Shown here piece after piece: positions 17,381 through 28,612 of a stretch of DNA of 60,345 nt. Position 1 is the first letter of the stretch. The number at the start of each line of letters is the position of its first letter. The notes beneath the pieces are model-generated. The model had not been told where the DNA came from. It ran no database searches and was given only the letters and a program-made list of their open reading frames with translations. The DNA is from an uncultured virus (IMG/VR IMGVR_UViG_3300031673_013668). Lineage: Duplodnaviria > Heunggongvirae > Uroviricota > Caudoviricetes. A program made the position numbers and the translations under genes. Location of the stretch: the IMG/VR virus record IMGVR_UViG_3300031673_013668, one strand, 5' to 3'.

Positions 17381-17409
17381 AGAATAAATCTAAAAACCCT
17401 TCTCTTTTT

Positions 17410-17452
17410 ATTATACACTTCTAATAGACTTTTCTCACATGACTCTTAAATA
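17410..17452 (+). promoter_or_regulatory. 43-bp conserved promoter element, copy 4
   Basis: ATTATACACTTCTAATAGACTTTTCTCACATGACTCTTAAATA. Confidence 0.9.
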
Positions 17453-17517
17453 ATGTAAATCCATATTTAAAAGCAATAATTAAGATATTTCTTCATTATA
17501 ATTTATTATCTCTAGAA

Positions 17518-20500
17518 ATGAGAAAAGAAAGTAAGAAAAAAATAATCATCGGATTCATCATTAGTTTGATAGTTTTTTCAGTTCTCTTTTTCTTATCTCA
17601 AAATGGTTTGGCAACCCAAGATGATGAAGACACTGAAGCCACGTTGCATTGTTCTTTAGAAACTAATTCTCTTGAACTTGTTGGAAGTACACTAATGACA
17701 TTGGGGACTTATTCGTTTTGGGAAGAACCTGAATTAGATATTGGAGCATTTAGTCACGATACCACAAGAGTAGAAATATCTGAAATACAAAACGCATTAT
17801 TTGAGACAACATCTACAAACTTTAATAATACGATAATTCCTTCAAATTTAATGTTTAATCATACTACAAATTCTATTCCTGAATATACAACTTCAGCTCC
17901 ATTTGATACAATTATTTCTACAAATATTAATTATAATTATACAAACTTTGTAAATTATGATACTTATGAAGGATTTACATTAGAAACGGGAAATATAGTT
18001 CCAAATGGAGATATACAAAAACAATGGCAGAGACCTATAGGAAACGATAATTATGCTCTTATTGATGAGGGAATTATACCAATTACTATAGGTGGAGACT
18101 ATATATTTCATTCAAGCGATAATGAATATACAGATATCTATACTATGGGAACCATTGATATGTCGGGATATGATTCTTATGTGGGAGGTGGTGTGGGAAA
18201 ACAGGTTTATCAAATTACTTGCTATATTTATTGTTATAGTGTATGGTCTTCCTCAAATATATATTTCTCTGGAAATCAACTTGGAATGGTTGAGACACCC
18301 GTGTCTTGTCCAATATCAAATTATGGGTGGAGGACAGTTGTATGGTCTGGATTGAAGTTAAATCAAACTGAGTTAAATAATTTACAAATAACAAATAGAA
18401 AACCTTATGCTTATGATATTGATTATTATATTGGTACAATGTATTGTAAAGTAGATTTCTATGGAAACGCTAATAATTCTTTAAGTGAACCATTTAAGGG
18501 ACTTCAAGTTAATAATTTTAAATATCAAATTCTTGGAACAAATTATACAGCACCATCATTTAACATTTCTTATAATCCTTTATATGGTAATTATCTACCA
18601 CTTAAAGAAGAAAATGTGTTTGTATCATATTATTTTACAAGTATGAGTTTAACATATTATGATCATATAAATGACTTAATAATTCTCCCTCAAAATTTAA
18701 GTTTAACCTTTTATTTTTGGTTTAGTGAGGTATCATATAATTTTTCTGTAAATGTTTCTTGGAGCTTTAATGAATGGAAAGTTCCAACGGAAGTGGATTT
18801 AGCGATAAATGGCGAGGAAGTAATTGATAGCACCTACAACTCTGGGTTTTGCCTTCTTTCAACGTATCCCACATTCCTCATGATTACAGCGACAGATACG
18901 GTATTTTTTAAACTTAACATTTCCATCGACTTTAGTTTTTCCTTTTCCTTAGATGTCATATCAAAAACATATTTACGTAAATCATTTGAATTGGAGAGTA
19001 ATCATGAAATAAATATAGAGCAAATCAATTTCGATTCTAATTTAGTCATTAAGAAAATCTATTTGAATAATGCTGATAAGGGTTCAAGTAATCCTTGCAT
19101 GTTATCTCCAAGTGTGAGTATGGATACTGGGAATATTTATTATTTAGAGGTAATTTTAACGGAGGAGATCTATTTACCATTACAATATTTTTATAACGCT
19201 CTGGGAGATGGCACATCTTCAATATATATGTCAGGGAGTATAAATACATTACATTATTATAATATTGGAGGTAATTCTCTCTACAGTTTAGTTATTCCTT
19301 CAGGCTGGGTTGTAGAAAATGGTTATCTCACATTCTCAAATCTGGATTATTTACCAGATTATACTCCGAATTATAGTGAGGATTTAAATGATTATGGTTA
19401 TTCCTCGCCTAGTTATGGAGATGAGGACGTATCATGGGATTCACAATATTATCAAACTAATGCAAATGGAACAAAAATAGACGAGTCTGGCGGGAGTGGT
19501 TATGAAATAGTCTATGCAGAGTATTTCAATGCTCTGAATGGATATATGTATCATACCTATGGAGACTTGGATGGATACAATAGCACATACTCAGTTGTGG
19601 ATTATCTCTACATGCAGAATTTATTCCCAACCGAATTTAGTTATGAAGATTGGTCAGACTGGGTACATTATTATAATCCATATTATATTTTAAGCTCTTT
19701 TGATTCTGGAAGTTTGAGCTCTTCTTTATCCCCTGAGCCTGATGAAAGTGTTCCTTTAAATGATTCTTTTACCTTTATAAATGGTACAAAAATAGATGAT
19801 GGTAATTTTTATGAGATTGATGAGGATTATGCTTATTTTTTATATGATATTTTTAATGAAACTGAGAATTTTGAGTTTCTTACCGCAAGTTATGATATTG
19901 GTGGGTTAGGTGGTAATGATCATCCTTATGATATTTGTTATTCTAATAATTATTTTTATGTAACAGATGGTACTTTCGATTATATCTATAAATATCCGAC
20001 AGATTTTAGTACACTCACAGAAAGTTATGATATTGGTGGGTTAGGTGGTAATGATTATCCTCGTGGAATTTGTGAATATAATAATTCCTTTTATGTAACA
20101 GATGGTACTTTCGATTATATTTATCAATATCCATTAGATTTCTCCACACTTACAACATCCTATAATATAGGAGCTTTAGGTGGTAATAATGAACCTATTG
20201 GTATTTGTTATTCTAATAATTATTTTTATGTAGTGGATTATATCGATTGTTATGTATATCAATATCCATTAGATTTCTCCACACTTACAGCATCCTATAA
20301 TATAGGAGCTTTAGGTGGGAATGATGCTCCTTATGGAATTTGTTATTCTAATAATTATTTTTATGTAGTGGATTATATCGATTGTTATGTATATCAATAT
20401 CCATTAGATTTCTCCACACTTACAGCATCCTATAATATTGGAGCTTTAGGTGGGAATGATGCTCCTTATGGAATTTGTGAATATAATACGTATTTTTATG

Positions 20501-23500
20501 TAGTGGATTATTTCGATTGTTATGTATATCAATATCCTTGTTATAGTGAGCATATCCTGAACTTTACAACCGAATTTACATTTACAACGAATGAAAATGG
20601 AACAATTAGTTTTATTAATTTATTTTATTCTCATAAAACTAATGAATCCATAGAAATCTCATTCTACATTTGGAATTATGCTTTAAGTCAATGGGATTTA
20701 ATAAATAGTTCTACAAACAATGTTGGTTTTTTTAATAATTATTTTACGTTAAATTCAAGTTATTATGATGTTTCTAATACGGTTAAACTAAAATGGTATG
20801 GAAACGATACAAATCATCCATTTGAATTATATCTCGATAAACTAATGGTTTATGTATATTACTCTATGCCTCACCATTACCCTGCAACCTATTCTTTTAC
20901 AGAGGAATTAGGAAAATCAGGATTGGATATTGGGTTTGTAGATTCTGCAACATTACCAAATTCATGTTCAGTAAAAATTGACGCAGAATTGGATAATCAT
21001 CGAAATATTCTAAACCTGACACATGATGGGGGAGCAGATGATCCCATTATTGTTCATAATATCGATACACCTCAAACCACAGGTACATGGGAATGGTATT
21101 GGGCAAGCTCGGATATATCACGAATCCAACTTTTGCGTTTTTATTCCTCTGCAACAATAGGGATAGTATTACGAATATCCTCAGGTAAATATTACTATGC
21201 TAATTTAGCAGGTACATCTATTGAAATTGTGGGAGACACACCTGTTAATAACATATTTGATCATTTTAAATTGGTTTTTGATTGTACCACAGATCGCTTT
21301 GATCTTTATATAAATAATGTTTTACGGGTTGATGATGGAGAATTCAGAAATGTAGTAGATTCTATTAATAATATTAATATTATAAATTCTGATAATGCTG
21401 TCTATTCACAGTATCTTGATGCTGTTGGAGATGTTGCCGATCCTAATTACCAGACAGGCGACAATTACTTTTATGAGAATTACATGGGAACTCACACATT
21501 TGAGAATTATAATATTACTTCCAACCTTACCACTTTAGATGGATGGACACTTACACCTGCAACAGGTTGTAGTATCAACATAAACGGAACGTATGATGCT
21601 CATAAGAAATATATGGAATTATTTGATAATTCTATAGATCAAATTTCTATAAAGGATGATTGGATTCCTCAAACATCAGGGACAACAGAATTTTATTTTA
21701 AATCTTCTGATGTTGTAAAAACAACGTCTTTTTTATTTTATAACGAGTTAAGTCAACAAACAATCCCACTTCAAGCAAAAAATAATACCATTCAATATTA
21801 TATAACGTCTTGGGTTAATATGCCCGGCGGAAGTATCAATAATAACACTTGGTATAATATTAAAATCGTGTTTAATTGTGCTACAGACACTTATGATTTT
21901 TATTTAAATAGTGTATTATGTGCGACTAATTCATTTAGATTTGTTTCTACAACTATAACTTATTTATCTTTGAGAACAAGTACAACCGAATTGGGTTATT
22001 ATTCCTATTTTGATTCTCTTTCATTTAGTTGGGAAGATGATATAAATTCGAGTCTAATATTATATATGGAGGAATTGGATGATGTTTATGCTAATATAAA
22101 TAAAAGCATAGATCTCCCATTTTTGAATAGATATGATATAGGATATGATGATTATCAAAAACTCTATAATGTGACAATAGAGTTTGAATATAAATGGACT
22201 GTTTATAATGGCTCATATCTTCAAGATGCACAATTTATAGCCGATTCAAATGTGTATTCTCTTATATTAGACGGTAATTGGCACTCAGCAGAATATACTT
22301 TTCATTTCAATTCTGGTTCTGTTGATGAATTTAATGCTATTTTTAATATAACAAATGGAGAATTAGAAATCAGAAATATGAACTATACCATTCAATTTGA
22401 TGCAGTAGATACATTAGGGTATAATAGATTATATCAGTTTTTCAGATACCTTCCTTCATTGTCGCTGGATTATTTACAACAAACAAGAGGGAATTGGATT
22501 CTCAATTTTTCATATACATTTATAGAGAGTTCGGATGCAGAATATTACAATTTCTATAATACAATAGATAATTCTCTACTCTATTTTATGATTTATATTA
22601 ATACTGAGAATGGGTGGGAAGATCCTGTAATTTATAATTATAATACTACACAGAATAATGTAGCTTTTTCATTCAATATTACACAATATATTAATGGAGA
22701 AGGAAGTTTTGAGTTCAATGATTTTTATTTAGAGTTTTATTTGGCAGGAAACCCTTCTGAATTTGAATTAGATGATTTAATTCTATTTGATTTTGATGAT
22801 GAATTTTATGAAGTATTGGCATTATGGATAACTGATACTCTGGTAATCCCAAGTCAAAACCTAACAATATATTGGATTGCATCTGATCGTTATATTTCAA
22901 ATGTAGAAATAGTGCAGGAACATGAATCTGTATCTGGAACTTGGCTATTGGGAAATATAACACTCCTTAACAATATTTTACAGAGTTTTATGTTTGAAAA
23001 CAATACTGTAGGTTTTTATCAAATGAATTTGACCTTTTATGATGATTACGATAATTGGGAATTATGGACATTAAATTTTACAATAATTAGTTCAATTTCG
23101 ATTTCTACAAATTATAAGAATCCTCTTTTCATAAATGAAATTGGTACAATCTCAGCATATATTTATGCAGATTATCCAATTCATAGGGTTTGGTATGAGG
23201 ATTCTATAAATTATGTATTAGAATATGATAATTCCTCATATCCAATTTATGAATATGAGTTTAATTTTACATATAGTTCGGCAATAGAAACTCAATATAA
23301 CATTAGTATAATGGTTCTAGGAGAATATGGTGATTATTTCTGTTGTAATATCACATTCTTGAGTGTAATTGAAAGGACAACTATGATGGATTTCAACAAT
23401 ATCTATTCAAGTTATTATCAAGATGAATCATTATATATACTGGTTTTACTAAAAGATTTATATAATAATCCATTAGGCTCAAAATCAGTTTATTACAGTA

Positions 23501-25443
23501 TTTTAGATCCCTCTGATATAACAATAGCCTCTGTATTAACTTCCACCAATGGTTCTGGTATTGTTTTAATTCAATTAGATTTTGATATTACCTATGAAAT
23601 TGGATTTTATCATTTATATGCAAATTACACAGGAGACACAAGTTATACTGGTGTGTGGAAAATTCAGAGTTTTCAATTAAGACCGATTTTTAGATCAGTA
23701 AATTCAAGTGATATAAGTTTACAGGTGAATGGATATAATGTAATTGATAATTATATTCAAATCAACAATACAAACAACTTCACTTTAACAAACGATAATA
23801 CAGCGACATTTGATATGTCAATCTTATGTAAGTTAAATTATACTGAAACAATACCTTATTCTGAATACTTAGATTATGATTATTTATTCACTGCGACCTC
23901 AGATATAACTCAGATAATATTTGATACTGCAAATATATCGAGTTATCCTTCTAATTTCACTTATTACTATTTTGATAATTTAGTATCATCAAATTATGCG
24001 ATTGTTGGAACTACATTTAGTGTTTTAGATATAATTGGAGATACGTTTTATAATAATGATGATTTTAACGTGCAATTTAGATATTACTATGATTCAATTG
24101 AAAGAACCCAAATAACCTCAAATCCGAGAACTGATTCTAATCATGTTATTTTTGATGAGAATTTATTGGCTTCCAGATCATTTGATTATTGGTATGTGTT
24201 AAATTCTTATGATATTAACACAATGTCACTAAATCACGTTAGAACAGGAACTACAATAACTTATGAGGATTTTACAATAGAGGCTTCAAAATATTATTTC
24301 GAGAAATCAAGTCTAAGTAATGATATTTATACAGCTACAGTTGATTATATGTGGAATCCTATTGTAAATAGCACAATTACATTTGATAATGGAACAACCT
24401 GTAATGTGAGAATTACATATCAAGCAAGTTTGAATATTAATAATGTGACAATTGTATTAGATTTATCATCAAAAAACCTTTATGCAGAAAACTGGACATA
24501 TTCAGCTACACAATCAGAAATTACTAAAGTCTTAGAGGTCCCTCATATCAATTTTACTACATCTTCTCAGATAATTACAATCACAGGGATTTCGGATACT
24601 CCTTATGCTATAATTTCAAGCTATACGAATCTTGAAGAAGTGAGTTTTGATGAGGACAATTATGGGAAATTAAGGGAGCCTTATATAGGATATCTTTCAT
24701 ATTCTAAATTCTCAAGATCGTTCTTAATCTATGATATTAAATCTGATTGGGTATTAGATGGCATTCATTATGGGACTACCGTTAATGATATTTTAGATAA
24801 TGGTTATTTTGAATGCACAGGATGGGGCACAGGGATTTCCTCCTCATATTTGGTTTTTACAGCAAATCCTGTTGATAGGATTAAAAGAGAACAATTTGAA
24901 GATAAAGTAGTGTATAAAATAACATGTAACTTACCGGTCTATGATGCGGATTTTGATTTCTATATCTCAGGGGAAGGAAGGATCACAATTAACAAGCAAT
25001 TAACTGATATTGATGAGGATAAGGATCAAACTATAATGAAAGAATATTCTTATAAGAGTAAAACGTATTTTGAATTCGAGAACATAGACTTTAGTATCGG
25101 TAAAAATGAGCTCATTATTTATTACGAAGAGCATACAATTGTAAATGATATAGGATATTATATCGTAGTAGGGGTTGCAATTGCAGGACTTATAGTTATT
25201 TGGAAACGAAAAGAATTACTTGATAAATTTGGCCTTGATAAAAATAAATCATGGTTTTTAAGAATTTTGATGTGGAATAAAAAGAATGCTCCTAAAGAAA
25301 AAACAAAGGAAGGAATAGAAAAAGCAAAAATACCGAATTCTGAACGTGGTAAAAAGAAAAGAGTAAAAATTAAAGAAAAACAAAAAGAAAAAACATTTTC
25401 AAATAAAGTATTAAAATTTGCATGGGGTGAATCAAAAACATGA
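17518..25443 (+). CDS. Giant (2641 aa) surface glycoprotein/adhesin: signal anchor, beta-propeller repeats, ConA/LamG-like and Ig-like domains, C-terminal TM and basic tail
   Basis: N-terminal hydrophobic segment; many NxS/T sequons; 45-aa repeats; WYNIKIVFNC...YDFYLN LamG-like pattern; YYIVVGVAIAGLIVIW TM. Confidence 0.8.
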   Translation: MRKESKKKIIIGFIISLIVFSVLFFLSQNGLATQDDEDTEATLHCSLETNSLELVGSTLMTLGTYSFWEEPELDIGAFSHDTTRVEISEIQNALFETTSTNFNNTIIPSNLMFNHTTNSIPEYTTSAPFDTIISTNINYNYTNFVNYDTYEGFTLETGNIVPNGDIQKQWQRPIGNDNYALIDEGIIPITIGGDYIFHSSDNEYTDIYTMGTIDMSGYDSYVGGGVGKQVYQITCYIYCYSVWSSSNIYFSGNQLGMVETPVSCPISNYGWRTVVWSGLKLNQTELNNLQITNRKPYAYDIDYYIGTMYCKVDFYGNANNSLSEPFKGLQVNNFKYQILGTNYTAPSFNISYNPLYGNYLPLKEENVFVSYYFTSMSLTYYDHINDLIILPQNLSLTFYFWFSEVSYNFSVNVSWSFNEWKVPTEVDLAINGEEVIDSTYNSGFCLLSTYPTFLMITATDTVFFKLNISIDFSFSFSLDVISKTYLRKSFELESNHEINIEQINFDSNLVIKKIYLNNADKGSSNPCMLSPSVSMDTGNIYYLEVILTEEIYLPLQYFYNALGDGTSSIYMSGSINTLHYYNIGGNSLYSLVIPSGWVVENGYLTFSNLDYLPDYTPNYSEDLNDYGYSSPSYGDEDVSWDSQYYQTNANGTKIDESGGSGYEIVYAEYFNALNGYMYHTYGDLDGYNSTYSVVDYLYMQNLFPTEFSYEDWSDWVHYYNPYYILSSFDSGSLSSSLSPEPDESVPLNDSFTFINGTKIDDGNFYEIDEDYAYFLYDIFNETENFEFLTASYDIGGLGGNDHPYDICYSNNYFYVTDGTFDYIYKYPTDFSTLTESYDIGGLGGNDYPRGICEYNNSFYVTDGTFDYIYQYPLDFSTLTTSYNIGALGGNNEPIGICYSNNYFYVVDYIDCYVYQYPLDFSTLTASYNIGALGGNDAPYGICYSNNYFYVVDYIDCYVYQYPLDFSTLTASYNIGALGGNDAPYGICEYNTYFYVVDYFDCYVYQYPCYSEHILNFTTEFTFTTNENGTISFINLFYSHKTNESIEISFYIWNYALSQWDLINSSTNNVGFFNNYFTLNSSYYDVSNTVKLKWYGNDTNHPFELYLDKLMVYVYYSMPHHYPATYSFTEELGKSGLDIGFVDSATLPNSCSVKIDAELDNHRNILNLTHDGGADDPIIVHNIDTPQTTGTWEWYWASSDISRIQLLRFYSSATIGIVLRISSGKYYYANLAGTSIEIVGDTPVNNIFDHFKLVFDCTTDRFDLYINNVLRVDDGEFRNVVDSINNINIINSDNAVYSQYLDAVGDVADPNYQTGDNYFYENYMGTHTFENYNITSNLTTLDGWTLTPATGCSININGTYDAHKKYMELFDNSIDQISIKDDWIPQTSGTTEFYFKSSDVVKTTSFLFYNELSQQTIPLQAKNNTIQYYITSWVNMPGGSINNNTWYNIKIVFNCATDTYDFYLNSVLCATNSFRFVSTTITYLSLRTSTTELGYYSYFDSLSFSWEDDINSSLILYMEELDDVYANINKSIDLPFLNRYDIGYDDYQKLYNVTIEFEYKWTVYNGSYLQDAQFIADSNVYSLILDGNWHSAEYTFHFNSGSVDEFNAIFNITNGELEIRNMNYTIQFDAVDTLGYNRLYQFFRYLPSLSLDYLQQTRGNWILNFSYTFIESSDAEYYNFYNTIDNSLLYFMIYINTENGWEDPVIYNYNTTQNNVAFSFNITQYINGEGSFEFNDFYLEFYLAGNPSEFELDDLILFDFDDEFYEVLALWITDTLVIPSQNLTIYWIASDRYISNVEIVQEHESVSGTWLLGNITLLNNILQSFMFENNTVGFYQMNLTFYDDYDNWELWTLNFTIISSISISTNYKNPLFINEIGTISAYIYADYPIHRVWYEDSINYVLEYDNSSYPIYEYEFNFTYSSAIETQYNISIMVLGEYGDYFCCNITFLSVIERTTMMDFNNIYSSYYQDESLYILVLLKDLYNNPLGSKSVYYSILDPSDITIASVLTSTNGSGIVLIQLDFDITYEIGFYHLYANYTGDTSYTGVWKIQSFQLRPIFRSVNSSDISLQVNGYNVIDNYIQINNTNNFTLTNDNTATFDMSILCKLNYTETIPYSEYLDYDYLFTATSDITQIIFDTANISSYPSNFTYYYFDNLVSSNYAIVGTTFSVLDIIGDTFYNNDDFNVQFRYYYDSIERTQITSNPRTDSNHVIFDENLLASRSFDYWYVLNSYDINTMSLNHVRTGTTITYEDFTIEASKYYFEKSSLSNDIYTATVDYMWNPIVNSTITFDNGTTCNVRITYQASLNINNVTIVLDLSSKNLYAENWTYSATQSEITKVLEVPHINFTTSSQIITITGISDTPYAIISSYTNLEEVSFDEDNYGKLREPYIGYLSYSKFSRSFLIYDIKSDWVLDGIHYGTTVNDILDNGYFECTGWGTGISSSYLVFTANPVDRIKREQFEDKVVYKITCNLPVYDADFDFYISGEGRITINKQLTDIDEDKDQTIMKEYSYKSKTYFEFENIDFSIGKNELIIYYEEHTIVNDIGYYIVVGVAIAGLIVIWKRKELLDKFGLDKNKSWFLRILMWNKKNAPKEKTKEGIEKAKIPNSERGKKKRVKIKEKQKEKTFSNKVLKFAWGESKT
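19888..20538 (+). repeat. Five tandem 135-bp (45-aa) NHL-like repeats
   Basis: Units start 19888, 20023, 20158, 20293, 20428 (SY[DN]IG[GA]LGGN..P..IC). Confidence 0.95.
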
Positions 25444-26057
25444 AAGGATCAAGAATTTTCTTAACTGTTTTTTTGATTATACTTGTATTCGCAAGTGCAT
25501 ATTCCTTTCTCTTACTCTATTATAATAACCTTAATATCGTAAAAACATTTTTATATCTTCTCTATAAAAATGATCAATTTCTTTCTAACATTCCTTTCTT
25601 TTTTGTCCCTAAAGCATTAATGATATTTAGTTTAAGCTTAGGTATTCTTACCTTTAATGCTTATTTTAATTATAAAAAATCGATTCAGTATAAAATCGTA
25701 TTAAAAGCGATATTCATTTTATATCTTGCTTTGTCTAGTTGTTATACTTTTGGTCTCTTTGATACCATTTATAATATCAAAAAACTGAATATAATAGAAT
25801 GGGGGATTGTAGTATTTGGGATTTTCGCTCCTATTTGTATTTTAGTCGTAGGAAAGATTATTCTCAATTTCAGGATAAGAGGGCATAAAATATTCAATTA
25901 CACTACGTTATGGGTAATTTATATTATAATTGCACTCATATGGGAGTTTTTATATCCTGGAGAAATTATGTTTGTGTGTATTGGGGTTTATTGTGTTATG
26001 AATGCGATTTTACTTTATTATTGTTTAGCAAAAGGGGGTGGTAAAGAAGATGAATAA
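25440..26057 (+). CDS. Multi-pass membrane protein
   Basis: About 6 hydrophobic segments; ATGA overlap with the adhesin stop. Confidence 0.65.
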   Translation: MKGSRIFLTVFLIILVFASAYSFLLLYYNNLNIVKTFLYLLYKNDQFLSNIPFFFVPKALMIFSLSLGILTFNAYFNYKKSIQYKIVLKAIFILYLALSSCYTFGLFDTIYNIKKLNIIEWGIVVFGIFAPICILVVGKIILNFRIRGHKIFNYTTLWVIYIIIALIWEFLYPGEIMFVCIGVYCVMNAILLYYCLAKGGGKEDE

Positions 26058-26379
26058 AGAACAGAGGAATATAAAAACAAAAACAATCTATGTTCTAAAA
26101 AATATAATTTTATTTACTATTATTTATGTGATTGTAATTAGCATTCTCTATGATCTCTGGTCATTATGGCAAATGATAGTATTCAAAAGAATAATCCTTG
26201 ATCATTGGGAAATAGGGGCTATTTTTATGTGTTGGTTTGCGGGGTGTTATATTATAGACTCTGGGTTTTTTTTATTCAAAATCGATAACTTCAATGAAAT
26301 TGCGCTTGCTGTTGCGTTTTCCTTTTTCTTAGGTGACATTGGTGGCTTTCTTCTCTTTCTTAAACATGTTCTATACTAA
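26050..26379 (+). CDS. Membrane protein (3 TM)
   Basis: ORF track (26038); ATG 26050 follows GGTGGT SD. Confidence 0.6.
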   Translation: MNKEQRNIKTKTIYVLKNIILFTIIYVIVISILYDLWSLWQMIVFKRIILDHWEIGAIFMCWFAGCYIIDSGFFLFKIDNFNEIALAVAFSFFLGDIGGFLLFLKHVLY

Positions 26380-26414
26380 AAAACATCCATCAATCCAAAA
26401 TCAAAACCTTTTTT

Positions 26415-26457
26415 ATTATACATTTCTAATAGACTTTTCTAACATGAGACTTAAATA
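26415..26457 (+). promoter_or_regulatory. 43-bp conserved promoter element, copy 5
   Basis: ATTATACATTTCTAATAGACTTTTCTAACATGAGACTTAAATA. Confidence 0.9.
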
Positions 26458-26512
26458 TTTAGAAAAGCATTTTTTAATAATACTCTATATAAAATAAAAA
26501 AATGTTCTAAAA

Positions 26513-26905
26513 ATGGCAAAAGAAAAGTCTGAAAAGTCTAATTATGGAATAGTCTTTACCTTTGGTCTATCGGTCTTAATTATGCTCTTATTGTGTATCT
26601 TTCTTTATCCAAGCATGAAATATGGAGACATGAAAGTAATTGATTTATTTATTGTTACTTCTGTTGGATTTGGGGTCGGAGTGGGTGTTGCAATAATTTT
26701 AATATTCGTAGCAAAAATAAATACTGACTTTAATCTATTAGGATTTGCGATCTGGTTTTTTACGTTGTTTTTACTTTTATTCTGTGGAAGCACTATTGAA
26801 ATTGGAGATATTTATATGGGACAATTGCTCACAATTCTTGCAATAACTCTTGTAGTGACCGCAGTCGCAGGCTTTATCTTGATTGGGATAAGTAAAATAA
26901 TTTAA
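26513..26905 (+). CDS. Small 4-TM membrane protein, candidate virion protein
   Basis: Four hydrophobic segments in 130 aa. Confidence 0.65.
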   Translation: MAKEKSEKSNYGIVFTFGLSVLIMLLLCIFLYPSMKYGDMKVIDLFIVTSVGFGVGVGVAIILIFVAKINTDFNLLGFAIWFFTLFLLLFCGSTIEIGDIYMGQLLTILAITLVVTAVAGFILIGISKII

Positions 26906-26937
26906 TAAACAATAATTCCTTAGACAGGTGAATAAAA

Positions 26938-28458
26938 ATGAAGCAACAAGTGAAAAAAAAGATCCTATTAGGATTCATTGCGATATGCCTTATACTAACT
27001 GGTTTCGCTGTATTAACTTTGAACATACATAATAAAAACTCTGCTGTAAAAGCTGAAATAAATGATGTTATCTTAGAGAGGCCTAAATCCTCCACAACAG
27101 TTTATTATGATTTCAATATAACGATTGATAATGAAGACCCCACATGTGATTGGACGTGGGCAGAAGGAGAAGCGTGGTGTTCGGGAGATGGTTCATGGAC
27201 TACTCCATATCTTATTGATGATATAGAGATCTATCTAAATAATACAGATACAGCCTGTATTAATATCTCAAATAGTTATGGAGTGTATTTCAAAATCTCT
27301 AATGTGATTTTAACAAATAATGCATCAGATTATGGAGTAGGGATTTCCTTACTTAATTCCACAAATGGAATAATTGATACTGCAATAAGTGACAGTAATG
27401 GAGATTATGGGATTCATGTAGAGGACTGTCTTAATATTACTCTCGTTGATGCACATTGTTCTGGTAATCATCATGGAGGGGCTGTATTCCTAAACACAAA
27501 TTCGTCTAGTGTTATTTCATGTAATTTTAGTGCAAACAATATGTATGGTCTAATCTTTCAATCGGGATGCATTGATAATATAATTGATTCGGACTGCTAT
27601 TTCAATGATAATGGCATGATTGGCATTCTATTACAAAATGTGATAAACTGTAATCTAACTGAAACAGGAGACAAACAAATATATAGAAATGGTATAGGTT
27701 TATGCTTGAATGAAGCAATCGAATGTATTATTCAAAATGGAGACTTCATTAATAACACAAATTACGGACTACAAATCGCTGAATCTGGAGAGGCATCTGA
27801 GAATAATATGATCTATGAAAACTCTTTTGAAGGGAATGGTATAAATGGAGAAGATAATGCGACAATCGGGGTAGGAAACCTATGGGATAACAACATCGCT
27901 TCTGGGAACTACTGGGCGGATTATACAGGCGCAGATTTAGATGATGATGGAATCGGAGATGATCCTTATGATATTTCTGGTTCTGCTGGAAGACAAGATA
28001 ATTTTCCTATTTGGGATGATGGAGACTCAATAGCTCCTGCTATTACAATTACATCACCTACCTCTGGATTCACTTCTGTAAGCCCTCCCTCCTTCAGCCT
28101 GACAATAATTGAGGCAGTTGGAATAAGCACACGATGGTACACGTTAGATAATGGTATTGTAAATATTACCTTTACTGGCGTAACAGGATCTATAAACTTT
28201 AACGAATGGGACGCAATCACAGGGGATCCAGAAACAACCAAAACAGTTTCAATCATATTCTATGCAAATGATACTTCTGAAAATGAAGGTTCTGCATCTA
28301 TCTCTGTAAGAAAAGTGTTTCCCCCTCTGCCTCCTGAAAAGGAAGAGAAGGAAGAAGAAGCACCTCCTTATTTCATAGAGCAAGTATATGTCTGTGTGTC
28401 TTTAATTGGTTTATTTGCGATCTTTAAGTTAAAGAAATATTTGAAAAAATTAACTTAA
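26938..28458 (+). CDS. NosD/parallel beta-helix surface protein with Ig-like domain and C-terminal anchor
   Basis: GDGSWTTPYLI, N..GI repeats, GNYWADYTGADLDDDGIGDDPY, WYTLDNG...FYANDT. Confidence 0.8.
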   Translation: MKQQVKKKILLGFIAICLILTGFAVLTLNIHNKNSAVKAEINDVILERPKSSTTVYYDFNITIDNEDPTCDWTWAEGEAWCSGDGSWTTPYLIDDIEIYLNNTDTACINISNSYGVYFKISNVILTNNASDYGVGISLLNSTNGIIDTAISDSNGDYGIHVEDCLNITLVDAHCSGNHHGGAVFLNTNSSSVISCNFSANNMYGLIFQSGCIDNIIDSDCYFNDNGMIGILLQNVINCNLTETGDKQIYRNGIGLCLNEAIECIIQNGDFINNTNYGLQIAESGEASENNMIYENSFEGNGINGEDNATIGVGNLWDNNIASGNYWADYTGADLDDDGIGDDPYDISGSAGRQDNFPIWDDGDSIAPAITITSPTSGFTSVSPPSFSLTIIEAVGISTRWYTLDNGIVNITFTGVTGSINFNEWDAITGDPETTKTVSIIFYANDTSENEGSASISVRKVFPPLPPEKEEKEEEAPPYFIEQVYVCVSLIGLFAIFKLKKYLKKLT

Positions 28459-28500
28459 ATATTTTTTTTGTTTTTCTCTTTTTTTTTTAATTTATTTTAT

Positions 28501-28542
28501 ATTATACACTTCTAATAGACCTTTCTAATATAATATTAAATA
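28501..28542 (+). promoter_or_regulatory. Conserved promoter element, copy 6
   Basis: ATTATACACTTCTAATAGACCTTTCTAATATAATATTAAATA. Confidence 0.85.
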
Positions 28543-28612
28543 ACCTATCTTCTTTAGACTATATTTAGGAACGGACTTAACTATAAAAATTGATTGTTTC
28601 ACGTGAAAAACT

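Noticed and set aside
19888..20538. Diversity-generating retroelement target
   Set aside because: No reverse transcriptase or separate template repeat in the window; differences are not confined to adenines
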